A stretch of DNA of 64,000 nucleotides. Origin: Deltaproteobacteria bacterium. GTDB taxonomy: Bacteria; Desulfobacterota; Syntrophia; Syntrophales; JAAYKM01. The stretch is from NCBI GenBank assembly GCA_012522415.1, contig JAAYKM010000123.1, positions 1,833-65,832 of the forward strand, in the 5' to 3' direction. Made by a program: the position numbers and the translations under genes. This document shows positions 38,901-48,962 of this stretch, in pieces (the first letter of the stretch is position 1; each line of letters begins with the position of its first letter). The notes beneath the pieces were generated by a model. It ran no database searches, had not been told where the DNA came from, and saw nothing but the letters and a program-made list of their open reading frames with translations.

Positions 38901-39482
38901 ATGATTGACCAGGTTCTGTTCCGGCAAGCCGTTTTCCATAATTTCGATGAAAAAATTGTCGGGCCCGAAGATTTTCAGATAGTCTCTTGCCGCCTCTTCG
39001 GCTTCCTCTCTTCTTTCCTTCAGCAGTTTGCTCGATATTTCGCCTTGCAAACAGGCACTCATGGCGATCAGCCCTTCATGGTTCCGCAGCAGGACATCTT
39101 TGTCGATTCTGGGGCGATAGTAAAATCCCTCCAGGTACCCAATGCTCGTCAGCTTCATCAGATTCTGATAACCCGTCATATCCTTCGCCAGCACAACCAG
39201 ATGGTTGGCGTTGTCGCCGATGTATCCGGCGGTTTTATCGAACCGGCTCTTGGGGGCAATATAAAGTTCACACCCGATGATGGGTTTTATGCCGTTTTTT
39301 TTCGCCTGCTGGTAAAAGTCGATCGCGCCGTACATGTTGCCATGATCGGTCATTGCGACGGCAGGCATAGCGAATTCTTTCGCTTTGGTGATCAGATCAC
39401 TGATACGAATTGCGCCGTCCAGAAGGCTGTATTGTGTATGAACGTGCAGATGAACAAAGGAATTCTGAAGCATGTTTAACAA
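35958..39482 (-). CDS. dnaE: DNA polymerase III alpha subunit
   Basis: 1174 aa with an N-terminal PHP domain (FVHLHVHTQYSLLDG), a palm/fingers region (GPGRGSAAGS, PDIDIDF) and an OB fold. Confidence 0.95.
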   Translation of the reverse strand: MLNMLQNSFVHLHVHTQYSLLDGAIRISDLITKAKEFAMPAVAMTDHGNMYGAIDFYQQAKKNGIKPIIGCELYIAPKSRFDKTAGYIGDNANHLVVLAKDMTGYQNLMKLTSIGYLEGFYYRPRIDKDVLLRNHEGLIAMSACLQGEISSKLLKERREEAEEAARDYLKIFGPDNFFIEIMENGLPEQNLVNHQLIDIARKLGIGLVATNDCHYLTRESAEAHEILLCIQTGKTINDTDRMKFSTDQFYLKSPREMSQIFKDLPEAIENTLLIAERCNLDLEFGKIYLPKFELKGSTDRLDEVLTREAEKGLEKLFPYILQNQDELDHKALRSRYLERLSHEMGIIRNMGFAGYFLIVWDFVRYAKENNIAVGPGRGSAAGSLVAYSLGITNIDPIKYGLFFERFLNPDRITMPDIDIDFCPEGRDDIIRYVKNKYGADKVAQIITFGKMQARAVIRDVGRVIGMPYGEVDRVAKLIPEAVNMTLDTALKSEPRLTDEMNRSPEIKRLIDLARELEGLNRHASTHAAGVVVSDVPLVERVPLYKNPKEDQDIVTQFPMNDLEKIGLTKFDFLGLKTLTVINNVIQAIKEDHDVDIDLNALPLDDPLAYQLLGRGDADGIFQLESDGMKDILVNIKPDCIEDISASIALYRPGPMNMVPDFISRKQGKTRITYELPQLKSILGETYGVLLYQEQVIQIAVSIGGYTMSEADTLRKVMGKKQVADMEKEKPNFLAGATEKNITKAKAQKIWEKMETFAAYGFNKSHSTAYAMISYQTAYLKAHYPAYFMAALLTSEKDNRDKIIKYINSCKEMGIDVLPPDFNQSRKIFRAKENSIRFGLAAVKNVGEGAIESIIEARTAQGGFKSFEDFCFHIDTRKVNKRVIESLIKCGGFDSIEGDRVHLLSSYEDILSQSQKRNRDLSNGQISLFDSLGNGSSSHEGAESQNQTAPAPLSGSKNGQTEADQQILLAYEKETLGFYVTGHPLAKYIEKLSAHSHVLFSSDLGAIKDKRDLHICGTVVNIKEMKTKKKETMAYVQMEDMRGMYTAICFSDVYMKSYSLLHGDKPLMIRGYADPQDDETKVIANEISDLDEYLKGYTKETDIHIYFRQEMHTDRDVHLLKEILFAYPGSNEVLLHILNHKSDTVISLGARYRICQELKDSINSMISGAYVNYVN

Positions 39483-39522
39483 CCCATATTAAAAACACCC
39501 GCGTAAAAATGCATGGATGGAG

Positions 39523-40980
39523 CTAATCCATCCAGTAATTGGGGGCCTCTTTCGTGATGATGACATCATGTACGTGACTTTCTCTCAATCCGGCTGATGT
39601 AATTCTGATAAATTTCGCCTTGGTTCTCAGCTCTTGGATATTTTGACATCCCACATATCCCATACCCGCCTTCAGGCCGCCAATGAGCTGGAAAATGCTG
39701 GCGGACAACGAACCCCTGAATGGCACCCTCCCCTCGATCCCTTCGGGAACCAGTTTGATTGTGCTTTCAATATCGTCATGATAGTATCGATCCACGCTTC
39801 CGAGCTTCATGGCCTCCAAGGACCCCATACCTCTGTAGACTTTGTAGCTGCGTCCCTGGTAGAGGATCGTCTCTCCCGGGCTTTCTTCCGTACCGGCAAA
39901 AAGGCTGCCGATCATGACCGTATGCGCGCCTGCCGCTAAAGCCTTCACAATATCTCCGGAGTATTTGATCCCGCCGTCGGCGATGACGGGAATCCCATAT
40001 TTCGACGCGATTTTACAGACATCGGTTATGGCTGTGATCTGGGGAACGCCGACCCCCGCAATGATCCGGGTCGTACAAATGGACCCGGGCCCCACACCGA
40101 CCTTGACGGCATCGACACCGGCGTCGATCAACGCCTTTGCCCCTTCCGCTGTGGCGACATTTCCGGCGATCAGTTCACACCGGGGAAAATTCCTTTTGGT
40201 GTCCCGGATCGCATCCAGAACGACGGAGGAATGGCCGTGGGAGGTATCGATCACAATGGCATCGGCTTCGGCGTCAAGGAGAGCGGCCACCCTCTCCTCA
40301 CGATCGACGATGCCGACTGCGGCACCGACACGTAATCTTCCGTGCGTATCTTTACAGGCCAGGGGGAATTTCTTGATTTTTTCTATGTCCTTGATGGTTA
40401 TGAGGCCCTTCAGATTGAAGTCTTCATCCACAACGGGCAGTTTTTCAATCCGGTGTTTATGCAAAAGCCGCTTGGATTCCTCCAGGGAAATATTTGCCGA
40501 CACCGTAACGAGGTTCTCTTTCGTCATCACATCGGCTACGGGTTGCTCCAGGTTGGTTTCAAATCGCAGATCCCTGTTGGTTAAAATACCCACCAGCTTT
40601 TTTTTGCTGACAACGGGCACACCGGATATCCGGTAGCGGTTCATGAGGTCCAGGGCCTCACTGACTTTCTGGTTTGGTTCAATTGTGATCGGCGAAATAA
40701 TCATTCCACTCTCGGACTTTTTGACTTTGTCCACCTCCAGGACCTGTCTTTCAATGCTCATATTCCGATGGATGATGCCGATTCCCCCTTCCTGGGCCGT
40801 GCAGATCGCCGTCCTCGATTCGGTCACCGTGTCCATGGCGGCACTGACAATGGGAATATTCAGGGGAATGTTGTTCGTCAAACAGGTGGATGTATCCACA
40901 TCCTTGGGTAATACCGAAGACTCACTGGGTACGAGGAGTACATCGTCAAATGTCAAGGCTTCTCTCATCTTTTCTTCCAA
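39523..40980 (-). CDS. guaB: IMP dehydrogenase
   Basis: 485 aa with [10 protein letters not shown], tandem CBS domains, the catalytic GPGSICTTR, and GGI.YSGD.KALA.GA. Confidence 0.95.
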   Translation of the reverse strand: MEEKMREALTFDDVLLVPSESSVLPKDVDTSTCLTNNIPLNIPIVSAAMDTVTESRTAICTAQEGGIGIIHRNMSIERQVLEVDKVKKSESGMIISPITIEPNQKVSEALDLMNRYRISGVPVVSKKKLVGILTNRDLRFETNLEQPVADVMTKENLVTVSANISLEESKRLLHKHRIEKLPVVDEDFNLKGLITIKDIEKIKKFPLACKDTHGRLRVGAAVGIVDREERVAALLDAEADAIVIDTSHGHSSVVLDAIRDTKRNFPRCELIAGNVATAEGAKALIDAGVDAVKVGVGPGSICTTRIIAGVGVPQITAITDVCKIASKYGIPVIADGGIKYSGDIVKALAAGAHTVMIGSLFAGTEESPGETILYQGRSYKVYRGMGSLEAMKLGSVDRYYHDDIESTIKLVPEGIEGRVPFRGSLSASIFQLIGGLKAGMGYVGCQNIQELRTKAKFIRITSAGLRESHVHDVIITKEAPNYWMD

Positions 40981-41005
40981 CGTTTCTAACCTCCGTGTGA
41001 TTGAT

Positions 41006-41497
41006 TTATTGAGAGTTGTTTCCTTCGATGAAGCATCGCTTGCCGTTTATATTCAGAAAATACTTTTCAACCTGATCATCGTATTGAACATCGCTGATCA
41101 TCTGGTAGTAACTTTTTCTGGAAAACCGAGCCCTGAATGAATTCTTCTTTATTCGGCAATACAAAACATTCTCTTCGGAAATAGTCAATGTGTCGGGCTC
41201 CAACACTTCTGAAGAACCATCGGACAGGCTGAGGTGAATCACTTCTTCCTGCGAAGTGTCCGCCCGCACCCGTTCTACGGATTTCACGACGAATGCCGTA
41301 TCCTCCACGTCGATTTCGCATCGGTCATGTTCGGATACTTCAAGGTAATAACTGCCTCCAGGCGTCTTTTTCAAGTACCCGTACAGATACTGGACAATAT
41401 CCGCACGGAGCATTTCCGCACCGCGGTAATACCAGACGCCGTCTTTATCGATTTTGATGTCGCAGATCTCTTTTATCCGCTTTTTTATGTTTTCCAA
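41006..41497 (-). CDS. DUF1285-like protein
   Basis: 163 aa. The pattern [21 protein letters not shown]...[10 protein letters not shown] resembles DUF1285. The assignment is from memory only. Confidence 0.45.
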   Translation of the reverse strand: MENIKKRIKEICDIKIDKDGVWYYRGAEMLRADIVQYLYGYLKKTPGGSYYLEVSEHDRCEIDVEDTAFVVKSVERVRADTSQEEVIHLSLSDGSSEVLEPDTLTISEENVLYCRIKKNSFRARFSRKSYYQMISDVQYDDQVEKYFLNINGKRCFIEGNNSQ

Positions 41498-41512
41498 GGG
41501 GCTGCACCAGAG

Positions 41513-41956
41513 TCAGGTCCGACTGTTGATGGATAAGGTCACGGGTCCGTTATTGACCAAACGCACTTTCATCATCGTCTGAAATTCTCCTGACAAAATC
41601 CGGTCATAAAGCCCCCTCCCCCGGCTCAGGAAGTATTCGTAGAGATGCTTTGCCCGTTCGGGATCCTCCGCATCGGTAAACGAGGGTCTTCTCCCCTTTC
41701 TGCAATCGGCAAGTAACGTAAATTGGGATACCACGAGCAGGCCTCCACCAAGATCCTTTACGGAAAGATTCATTTTCCCCTGACGATCTTCAAAGATCCG
41801 CAAATTGAGAATCTTTTCCAGAAGATAATCGGCATCCTTTTCGGAATCGCCCTTTTTCACCCCCAAAAATACCAGCAATCCTACTTGAATGGCGCTGTGC
41901 AGGCGATCATCGATGTAAACCGACGCCTCATCCACGCGTTGTACCAAGGCAACCAT
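41513..41956 (-). CDS. dtd: D-aminoacyl-tRNA deacylase
   Basis: 147 aa with MVALVQRV, GLLVFLGV, VSQFTL.AD..KG.RPSF and a C-terminal NNGPVT. Confidence 0.9.
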   Translation of the reverse strand: MVALVQRVDEASVYIDDRLHSAIQVGLLVFLGVKKGDSEKDADYLLEKILNLRIFEDRQGKMNLSVKDLGGGLLVVSQFTLLADCRKGRRPSFTDAEDPERAKHLYEYFLSRGRGLYDRILSGEFQTMMKVRLVNNGPVTLSINSRT

Positions 41957-42181
41957 GTTCCAGTTTACGCTCCCTTAACTTTTTCAAGCGAAAAGACGTC
42001 CCATTCCTGATTTGAAAGAAGGGGAAAACCCATCCTTTTCATATCACAATATCGTCTCCAGGACATCCACTCATTTCTTTTTCTCATCCATTTTTCCGGG
42101 GACAGACACATAAAGAAGGGCTTGAATCGTCATTGTGAAAGTGTTAAGAGAGCACAAGTCATCGAAAAAACATAGGAGAAT

Positions 42182-43885
42182 ATGATGAAAAAATATTTTA
42201 AAATATTTTTTATCCTGACGATTATTTCCATTTTGATACAACCTGCAAATCCTTCGGCGAAGGATAAATTTGTGATCGCGGTCCTCCCGTTTTCAACACA
42301 CAGCGCGGAAAACATCGAGTACATCCGCCATGGTATCTGGGACATGTTGTCTTCCAGGATATCCTATCATGACAAGATGAGGGTTGTTGAAAAGGAGGTT
42401 CTCTCGACTCTTGTGCAAGACAACAAGGATCTCTCCTCATCTGAAATTTATGAAATCGGAAACAAGGTACAAGCCGATTTTGTCGTATCGGGAAGCCTCA
42501 CAAAAATCGGAAGCGCCCTCAGTGTGGACGGAAAACTGTTCGATATGACCGCCTCCGATAAACCTGCCTTGTCCATATACTACCAGTGTCAGTCCTTTGA
42601 CGAGGTCATTCCGAAAATCAATGAGTTCGCCAAGCAAATTGACCACCATGTACTGGGCTTTACCGAGGACGTTTCCTCGCAGCCGGTTTTAAAACAACCC
42701 TCCGCCGTGAGTTCGGGTTACGGTTCAGGAGGGGCCACCCGGGAATCGCAGATCATCAAGAGCATGAGAACATCCCCTCAGGGCACCCTGACTTCGGCCA
42801 TCAACACGGACTTTATCAACGCACAGCGTCCCCTCGACCGGGAAGGCTTCTGGATGAGTCCGAAAATTCCGACCCAGATCAAAGGGATGGATATCGGTGA
42901 TGTCAACAACGACGGTCTGAATGAAATCGTCCTGATCGATAATCACAATGTGATGATCTATCAAAAACGGGGTCGCGATTTGGTTCTCCTGAAGAAAATC
43001 GAAGGCAAACCCTACGACCAATACCTTTCCGTCGATGTGGCGGACATCAACGAAAACGGTGTACCCGAAATTATCGTGACACGGCTTCGCCGCAATTATC
43101 TGACTTCTTTTGTCCTTGAATTCAAAAAGGATAAATATGAAATGATTGCGTCAAAACTGGGCTATTTCATGCGGGTGATCGAAATGCCGGATGGAACCCC
43201 CCTTTTGATGGCACAGCCTCTGGGTATGACTGAACCGTTCTCGTCGCCGATTTATGAAATGACCTGGAAAAGCGGGAAGTATCAAACAGGAAAGAGGATG
43301 CAGATTCCTGAAGGCCTCTCCGTATACAGCGTTAACATCGTCAATTTTACGGACAGCGGTTCCGACAAGGTCCTTGCCATTGACGAAGGGGATTACATTT
43401 CCATGTATGCCAAAACGGAGAAGGCCCTGAGCAAGGTCAACGCTTTCGGGGGGAGCCCGGAGTACCTGTACAGAAGCGACGAAATATTCGGCGGCACGAA
43501 CAACGTCTTCGACCTCACGGACAGGCAGGTTTCGGATAATGTGGTCAAGAAGTTTTATTATGTGAACCTGAGGACTTTCGCCTACGATACAAACAAGGAC
43601 GGCAAGAAGGAATTGATTATCGTCAAGAACCTCTCCTCATCGGGCCGATACTTCGCCAATGTCAGGCTTTTTACCGCCGCTGAAATCTATAATCTTGAGT
43701 GGGATGGTCTGGGGTTCATAGAGAACTGGCGAACACGAAAAATTAACGGCTACGTTTGTGACTATCAATTCAAGGACGTGGACAATGACGGGGACAAAGA
43801 GATCGTCCTCGCCCTGGTTATGTCATCGGGGGTGAGTCTTCAGAAGACAAGCGTAATCGTTGCCTATGACCTGGTTGCAGAATAG
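42182..43885 (+). CDS. Secreted FG-GAP/VCBS-repeat protein with N-terminal LpoB/TolB-N-like domain
   Basis: 567 aa with a signal peptide and an N-domain FVIAVLPFSTHS...ADFVVSGSLTKIG. It carries at least four Ca-binding-like repeats: DVNNDGLNEIVLID, DINENGVPEIIV, DTNKDGKKELIIV, DVDNDGDKEIVLA. Confidence 0.6.
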   Translation: MMKKYFKIFFILTIISILIQPANPSAKDKFVIAVLPFSTHSAENIEYIRHGIWDMLSSRISYHDKMRVVEKEVLSTLVQDNKDLSSSEIYEIGNKVQADFVVSGSLTKIGSALSVDGKLFDMTASDKPALSIYYQCQSFDEVIPKINEFAKQIDHHVLGFTEDVSSQPVLKQPSAVSSGYGSGGATRESQIIKSMRTSPQGTLTSAINTDFINAQRPLDREGFWMSPKIPTQIKGMDIGDVNNDGLNEIVLIDNHNVMIYQKRGRDLVLLKKIEGKPYDQYLSVDVADINENGVPEIIVTRLRRNYLTSFVLEFKKDKYEMIASKLGYFMRVIEMPDGTPLLMAQPLGMTEPFSSPIYEMTWKSGKYQTGKRMQIPEGLSVYSVNIVNFTDSGSDKVLAIDEGDYISMYAKTEKALSKVNAFGGSPEYLYRSDEIFGGTNNVFDLTDRQVSDNVVKKFYYVNLRTFAYDTNKDGKKELIIVKNLSSSGRYFANVRLFTAAEIYNLEWDGLGFIENWRTRKINGYVCDYQFKDVDNDGDKEIVLALVMSSGVSLQKTSVIVAYDLVAE

Positions 43886-43888
43886 GGG

Positions 43889-43917
43889 TTGACATCGCAT
43901 TGAAAAACAGATAAGAA
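43889..43917 (+). promoter_or_regulatory. Sigma70-type promoter of tRNA-Met
   Basis: TTGACA (43889-43894), 17-nt spacer, TAAGAA (43912-43917). Confidence 0.45.
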
Positions 43918-43963
43918 GCAAAACCGCTACAGGAAAGGCTTACGGGATTTCAGAAGTACATAT

Positions 43964-44040
43964 GGCGGTGTAGCTCAGCTGGTTAGAGCATACGGCTCAT
44001 ATCCGTAGTGTCCGGGGTTCAATTCCCTGCACCGCCACCA
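43964..44040 (+). tRNA. tRNA with CAT anticodon (elongator Met, or Ile2 if lysidine-modified)
   Basis: Acceptor GGCGGTG/CACCGCC with a G1-C72 pair, so not an initiator. D-arm TAGCTCAGCTGGTTAGAGCA, anticodon loop CTCATAT, encoded ACCA end. Confidence 0.88.
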
Positions 44041-44046
44041 GCATAC

Positions 44047-44079
44047 AAGCTTGACTCTAGGGTCAAGCTTTTTATTTTT
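44047..44079 (+). terminator. Rho-independent terminator after tRNA-Met
   Basis: 9-bp stem AAGCTTGAC / GTCAAGCTT with a 6-nt loop, followed by TTTATTTTT. Confidence 0.75.
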
Positions 44080-44085
44080 CAAAGC

Positions 44086-44925
44086 ATGATCATGAACGAG
44101 ACCCAGACATCTTTCATCGAAAGGTTAACCCAATCCCTGCAAAATCCGCATATCGACTTCCATGAAAAATATCTTTTGATCCGGAATCAACAAGGAAAGG
44201 AAACAAAATACTTGTCTGCGGGAGTTTGCATGCCCATCTTCTCTGAAGCGGATCGGTTTTATTTTCAACTGATCAAAAGATCCGCAAAGGTCTCACAGCC
44301 CGGCGACTTGAGTTTTCCCGGCGGAATGCTCAATCCCATACAGGACTATCCGCTCAGATACATGATCACGTCCGGTATCATCCCGGTCATCCGCCGCAAC
44401 AGGTTCCTCGCCGTGAAGCAATATCCCCCTCACAACATGCGGGCCATGACGTTGTTTCTTGCCAACGCCCTCCGTGAAGCCTGGGAAGAGGTCGGCATGA
44501 ATCCTTACCACCTTGTATATCTGGGATCATTGCCGACTTATACTTTAAAAACCTTCCATCGCGTCATCTTCCCCTCGGTCTGTTTCGTGACCGGTCAACA
44601 GGCCCGGTATCGGTTAAATGAAGAGGTGGACCGTATTGTGAACCTTCCCCTGACGATATGTTTTGATGAATACAACTATTTTCAACTGATCATCGAAATG
44701 CCGGCGGGCTCGCCTGAACCTGTCGAAAAATTCCCCTGTCTGTTGTTCAAGGACGAAAGCGGCTATGAGCATATTCTTTGGGGGGCGACTTTTGCCCTCG
44801 TCATGGGGCTTCTGGAAGTTGTTTATGATTTTCACATTCCGGCAATTCCCGATGAAAAATCGATCAAAAAAACCCTCCTGCCGAATTACTGTGAAAAACT
44901 GACAAAGTTGGTGAGTTGGCATTGA
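44086..44925 (+). CDS. NUDIX hydrolase (CoA-pyrophosphatase-like)
   Basis: ATG at 44086 (MIMNETQ), downstream of the tRNA terminator. It has a Nudix-like box, LSFPGG...ANALREAWEEVGM. The track start at 44008 would overlap the tRNA and is rejected. Confidence 0.65.
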   Translation: MIMNETQTSFIERLTQSLQNPHIDFHEKYLLIRNQQGKETKYLSAGVCMPIFSEADRFYFQLIKRSAKVSQPGDLSFPGGMLNPIQDYPLRYMITSGIIPVIRRNRFLAVKQYPPHNMRAMTLFLANALREAWEEVGMNPYHLVYLGSLPTYTLKTFHRVIFPSVCFVTGQQARYRLNEEVDRIVNLPLTICFDEYNYFQLIIEMPAGSPEPVEKFPCLLFKDESGYEHILWGATFALVMGLLEVVYDFHIPAIPDEKSIKKTLLPNYCEKLTKLVSWH

Positions 44926-44948
44926 TGAAAAGGGCAGGCATAAAAAAA

Positions 44949-44977
44949 CAGGGCAATTCAGTTGCCCTGTTTTTTTT
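44949..44977. terminator. Bidirectional terminator between the NUDIX gene (+) and the tRNA-Val/Asp operon (-)
   Basis: Stem CAGGGCAA (44949-44956) / TTGCCCTG (44962-44969) with an A7 run upstream and a T8 run downstream. Confidence 0.8.
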
Positions 44978-44978
44978 A

Positions 44979-45055
44979 TGGCGGGGCCGATGGGATTTGA
45001 ACCCACGCCCTCCGGCGTGACAGGCCGGCGTTATAACCAGCTTAACTACGACCCC
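44979..45055 (-). tRNA. tRNA-Asp (anticodon GTC)
   Basis: The reverse complement folds as acceptor GGGGTCG/CGGCCCC, anticodon stem CCGGC/GCCGG with loop CTGTCAC, T-arm GTGGG-TTCAAAT-CCCAT, and a G-CCA end. Confidence 0.88.
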
Positions 45056-45092
45056 GCAATTCCAAATTTCAAATCAGAAAATCTTATATCCT

Positions 45093-45168
45093 TGGTGGGC
45101 GGAACAGGACTTGAACCTGTGACATCCACGGTGTAAGCGTGGCGCTCTCCCAGCTGAGCTACCCGCCC
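45093..45168 (-). tRNA. tRNA-Val (anticodon TAC)
   Basis: The reverse complement is GGGCGGGTAGCTCAGCTGGGAGAGCG..., with anticodon stem CCACG/CGTGG, loop CTTACAC, T-loop GGTTCAAGTCC, and an ACCA end. Confidence 0.9.
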
Positions 45169-45195
45169 AAAACGGTGTTCCCGATCAGCAGGGGG

Positions 45196-45224
45196 TTTTT
45201 AGCAACATATCTTATGGTTGTCAA
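45196..45224 (-). promoter_or_regulatory. Sigma70-type promoter of the tRNA-Val/tRNA-Asp operon
   Basis: On the minus strand: TTGACA (rc 45219-45224), 17-nt spacer, TAAAAA (rc 45196-45201). Confidence 0.45.
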
Positions 45225-45246
45225 GCAGTAAGTGTCCCGGGAATCC

Positions 45247-47655
45247 CTAGGCGTTAAAATGCTGCTCCGTTTCGGTGTTGAATTTTCCCGGTTCTTCACC
45301 TCTGAAGAGCAAGGCCGCCTTCAGCACCTCGTCGACATTGTCCACAAATATGACATCAAGGGCTTTCAGGATGTTACGGGGAACTTCCGCCAGATCCTTT
45401 TCGTTGTCCCGCGGAATGATAACCGACTTGATATTTCCCCTGTGGGCAGCCAGGAGTTTTTCCTTCAAACCGCCGATGGGTAAAACCCTTCCGCGTAAAG
45501 TGATTTCTCCGGTCATCGCCAGGTCCGCTCTCACGGGTTTTTTCATGAAAACGGAGGCGATGGACGTTGCCATGGCAATCCCTGCGGACGGTCCGTCCTT
45601 GGGGATCGCCCCCTCGGGCACATGAATATGAATATCCGATTCCTTGTAGAAATCCGGCGCCAGGCCGAATTGTTCTGCCCGTGCCCGGACATAGGTCAGG
45701 GCAGCCTGAACGGATTCCTGCATGACGTCGCCCAGTTTGCCTGTTACGATCATCTTCCCCGCGCCGGGCATGGTGGACGCTTCCACAATCAGCAATTCAC
45801 CGCCGAATTCCGTCCAGGCCATGCCGATGGTCAAGCCGATACCGGCCTGCCCTTCCGTTTCCCCGTGTCGATACTTTGGGACACCCAGATATTTGTGCAC
45901 AGCCTTCGATGTAATGTTCGAGAAATTCTTGTGCCCTTCCGTGACCACCTCTCGGGCAACTTTGCGGCAGATCGATGCGATTTCCCGTTCCAGATTTCTG
46001 ACACCCGCCTCCCGGGTGTACTGTCGTATGATCGTCTGAAGCGCTCCATCGGTGAAACGGATATTCTCTTTCGTCAAACCGTTTTGTTCCATTTCCTTGG
46101 AAACGAGAAATTTCTTGGCGATGTTCATTTTTTCCGGTTCCGTGTAACCGGCCAGACGGATGACTTCCATCCGATCCTGCAACGGCGGCGGAATCGTTTG
46201 GAGCACATTGGCCGTCGTGATGAACATGATATCGGAAAGGTCATAATCGACTTCCAGATAGTTGTCATTGAAGGCGTTGTTCTGTTCCGGGTCCAAAACT
46301 TCCAGCAGGGCCGACGAAGGATCACCACGGAAATCGGAACTCAGCTTATCCACTTCATCGAGACAGAATACGGGATTGTTTGACCCGGCCTTTTTTAAGA
46401 GCTGCACGATTTTTCCGGGTAAAGCCCCGATATAGGTTCTTCTGTGTCCACGGATCTCCGCTTCGTCGCGTACACCGCCAAGGGAAAGACGCACAAATTT
46501 TCGATTTGTCGCCCGGGCCACCGATTTTGCAATAGAGGTCTTTCCGACCCCCGGGGGTCCGACGAGACAAAGAATGGGGCCTTTGTTTTTCTTGACCAGA
46601 GTCTGAACCGCCAGGTATTCAAGGATTCTTTCCTTAACCTTTTTGAGACCGTAATGATCTTCTTCTAAAATAGCCTCCGATTCCTCCAGGGTGTGCTTGT
46701 TTTCTGTCCTTTCATACCAGGGCATATCCAAAAGCCAGTCGATATAGTTCCTCACAACGGTGGCTTCCGCGGACATGGGGGCCATCATCTGGAGTTTCTT
46801 TATTTCCTGCCTGACCTTTTTCGTGGCCTCCTCCGACATCTTTTTCATTTTGAGCTTCTTTTCAAGCTCGGCGATTTCATTTCTGAAATCGTCCTTCTCC
46901 CCCATTTCCTTCTGGATGGCGCGCATCTGTTCATTCAGATAGTAATCCTTCTGGGTTTTCTCCATCTGTTTTTTGACGCGCCTTTTGATCTTCTCTTCCA
47001 CTTCCAGGATCTCGATTTCAGAAACCATCAGGGCGTAAATCGTTTCGAGTCGCTCCGTGACATGGAATATCTCCAGGATTTTTTGTTTGTCTTCCAGTTT
47101 CACGTTCAGTTGGGAGATCACGGCATCGGCTATTTTGGAAGGGTCATCGATGGTGGCCAGGGTGCTCAGCATTTCAATATGCGCTTTTTTGCTGAGTTTG
47201 ATGTACTGTTCGAAGGATTCCTTGATGTTTCTGATCAAGGCCTGGGTTTTTATATCGTTTTCTTCAACGATATCATCTACTTCCTTCACCTCGACGTAGA
47301 AAAATTCGTCATTCGGCAGGTAACCCTGGATGACGCCCCTTTTCTTTCCCTCCACAAGAACCTTGACGGTCCCGTCAGGCAACCTGAGAAGCTGAATGAT
47401 AACCCCTATTGTTCCGACCTGGCAGATGTCATCCTCCGTCGGATCATCCTTTTGGGCACTCTTCTGGGCCACCATGAAAATCCCCTTCTCGTCCTTCATG
47501 GCGTATTCGAGAGCGGAAATTGATTTCTCCCTGCCCACAAACAACGGTACGATCATGTAGGGAAAAACAACCACATCTCGCAGGGGCAGCAAGGGTATTG
47601 AAATGAGTTTCTCTTCGCTGTTCTTATTCATATTAAAATTATTCAATGTTCCCAA
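45247..47655 (-). CDS. lon: ATP-dependent Lon protease
   Basis: 802 aa with an N-terminal LON domain ([12 protein letters not shown]), the AAA+ motif GPPGVGKTS, and the protease domain DGPSAGIAM with the catalytic Ser. Confidence 0.95.
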   Translation of the reverse strand: MGTLNNFNMNKNSEEKLISIPLLPLRDVVVFPYMIVPLFVGREKSISALEYAMKDEKGIFMVAQKSAQKDDPTEDDICQVGTIGVIIQLLRLPDGTVKVLVEGKKRGVIQGYLPNDEFFYVEVKEVDDIVEENDIKTQALIRNIKESFEQYIKLSKKAHIEMLSTLATIDDPSKIADAVISQLNVKLEDKQKILEIFHVTERLETIYALMVSEIEILEVEEKIKRRVKKQMEKTQKDYYLNEQMRAIQKEMGEKDDFRNEIAELEKKLKMKKMSEEATKKVRQEIKKLQMMAPMSAEATVVRNYIDWLLDMPWYERTENKHTLEESEAILEEDHYGLKKVKERILEYLAVQTLVKKNKGPILCLVGPPGVGKTSIAKSVARATNRKFVRLSLGGVRDEAEIRGHRRTYIGALPGKIVQLLKKAGSNNPVFCLDEVDKLSSDFRGDPSSALLEVLDPEQNNAFNDNYLEVDYDLSDIMFITTANVLQTIPPPLQDRMEVIRLAGYTEPEKMNIAKKFLVSKEMEQNGLTKENIRFTDGALQTIIRQYTREAGVRNLEREIASICRKVAREVVTEGHKNFSNITSKAVHKYLGVPKYRHGETEGQAGIGLTIGMAWTEFGGELLIVEASTMPGAGKMIVTGKLGDVMQESVQAALTYVRARAEQFGLAPDFYKESDIHIHVPEGAIPKDGPSAGIAMATSIASVFMKKPVRADLAMTGEITLRGRVLPIGGLKEKLLAAHRGNIKSVIIPRDNEKDLAEVPRNILKALDVIFVDNVDEVLKAALLFRGEEPGKFNTETEQHFNA

Positions 47656-47677
47656 TTTATTTTATTCCTCGTTTCAA

Positions 47678-48937
47678 TCAGGCGGTTTCCGTTTTTTTCT
47701 CAAAAAGGAGAATGGGCTGTTCCTGATTGGATATGACATCCTCGTTAATGACGCATTCAGAAATATCTTTCCGGGACGGTATTTCGTACATGATATTCAA
47801 CATCGTGTCTTCGATGATAGCCCTCAAGCCCCTTGCCCCCGTTTTGCGATCCTCCGACAGTTTGGCGATAGCCCGGAGGGCCCCGTCCGTAAACCGGAGT
47901 TTTACGTTTTCCAGCTCAAGCAGTCTCTCGTATTGCTTGATGATGGCGTCCTTTGGTTCCGTCAGGATCCTGAACAGGTCGTGGTGATTCAGGTCGTTCA
48001 ATGTCGCCACCACGGGCAAGCGTCCAATGAATTCAGGAATCATGCCGAATTTCAGAATATCTTCCGGCCGCACTTTCGACAGGAGATGTTCGTTGCGGAT
48101 ATCCTTGCGGCTCTTCACTTCCGCGCCGAATCCCATGGCGTTCACGCCGAGACGTTTGGCAATGATGTCCTCCAGTCCGTTGAATGCGCCTCCACATATA
48201 AATAAAATATCCGTTGTATCGATCTGGATAAATTCCTGCTGCGGGTGCTTTCTGCCGCCCTTCGGCGGGATATTCGCCAAAGTGCCTTCCATGATTTTCA
48301 GGAGCGCCTGCTGAACCCCCTCACCCGACACATCCCGCGTAATCGAGGGATTCCCCGATTTTTTGGCGATTTTATCGATTTCATCGATGTACACAATACC
48401 CCGGCAGGTCCTGTCCGCATCATAATCGGCATTCTGCAGGAGGCTCAGTATGATGTTTTCCACATCTTCACCGACATAACCAGCTTCCGTTAAGGATGTG
48501 GCGTCGGCAATGGCAAAGGGAACCTTCAGAATTCTGGCCAAAGTCTTCGCCAGCAGCGTCTTGCCCGATCCCGTGGGACCGATGAGGAGGATGTTGCTTT
48601 TCTGGATTTCCACATCACCGGTTTTTTTGTCGGCGAACAATCTTTTGTAATGGTTGTACACCGCAACGGACAAAACTTTCTTTGGCTTCTCCTGCCCGAT
48701 CACATACTCGTCGAGATGGGCCTTGATCTCCTTTGGTTCGGGAATTTTTTTTACCGAACCTTCGCAGAAGTTCTCCTGATCCTCCTCAACGATGCAGCGG
48801 CAGAGGTTGATACATTCATCACAGATATAGGCGGCCGGTCCGGCAACCAGTTTGCGTACCTCGTTTTGATCTTTTCCGCAAAATGAGCAAAACATCAGGG
48901 ACAGATCACCTTGAGTATCTTTATTTTTTTTCCCCAT
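47678..48937 (-). CDS. clpX: ATP-dependent Clp protease ATP-binding subunit ClpX
   Basis: ATG at rc 48935-48937 (RBS AAAGGA) gives MGKKNKD...CSFCGK (zinc finger), the Walker A motif GPTGSGKT, and IGF-loop-like PEFIGRLP. The track start at 49018 would overlap clpP by 56 nt. Confidence 0.92.
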   Translation of the reverse strand: MGKKNKDTQGDLSLMFCSFCGKDQNEVRKLVAGPAAYICDECINLCRCIVEEDQENFCEGSVKKIPEPKEIKAHLDEYVIGQEKPKKVLSVAVYNHYKRLFADKKTGDVEIQKSNILLIGPTGSGKTLLAKTLARILKVPFAIADATSLTEAGYVGEDVENIILSLLQNADYDADRTCRGIVYIDEIDKIAKKSGNPSITRDVSGEGVQQALLKIMEGTLANIPPKGGRKHPQQEFIQIDTTDILFICGGAFNGLEDIIAKRLGVNAMGFGAEVKSRKDIRNEHLLSKVRPEDILKFGMIPEFIGRLPVVATLNDLNHHDLFRILTEPKDAIIKQYERLLELENVKLRFTDGALRAIAKLSEDRKTGARGLRAIIEDTMLNIMYEIPSRKDISECVINEDVISNQEQPILLFEKKTETA

Positions 48938-48962
48938 GAAATATCCTTTGTCTCTTATCTTA

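Noticed and set aside
38841-40636. Plus-strand ORFs of 212 aa (opposite dnaE) and 240 aa (opposite guaB)
   Set aside because: They are antisense shadow ORFs inside strongly supported genes.
44008-44085. N-terminal extension of the NUDIX ORF given by the track (start 44008)
   Set aside because: It would overlap the 3' half of tRNA-Met and its terminator hairpin. The ATG at 44086, downstream of the terminator, is the plausible start.
45622-47523. 253-aa and 276-aa plus-strand ORFs opposite lon
   Set aside because: They are antisense to Lon. The sequences are repetitive in F, L and H, as expected from reverse-complemented K/E/L-rich coding sequence.
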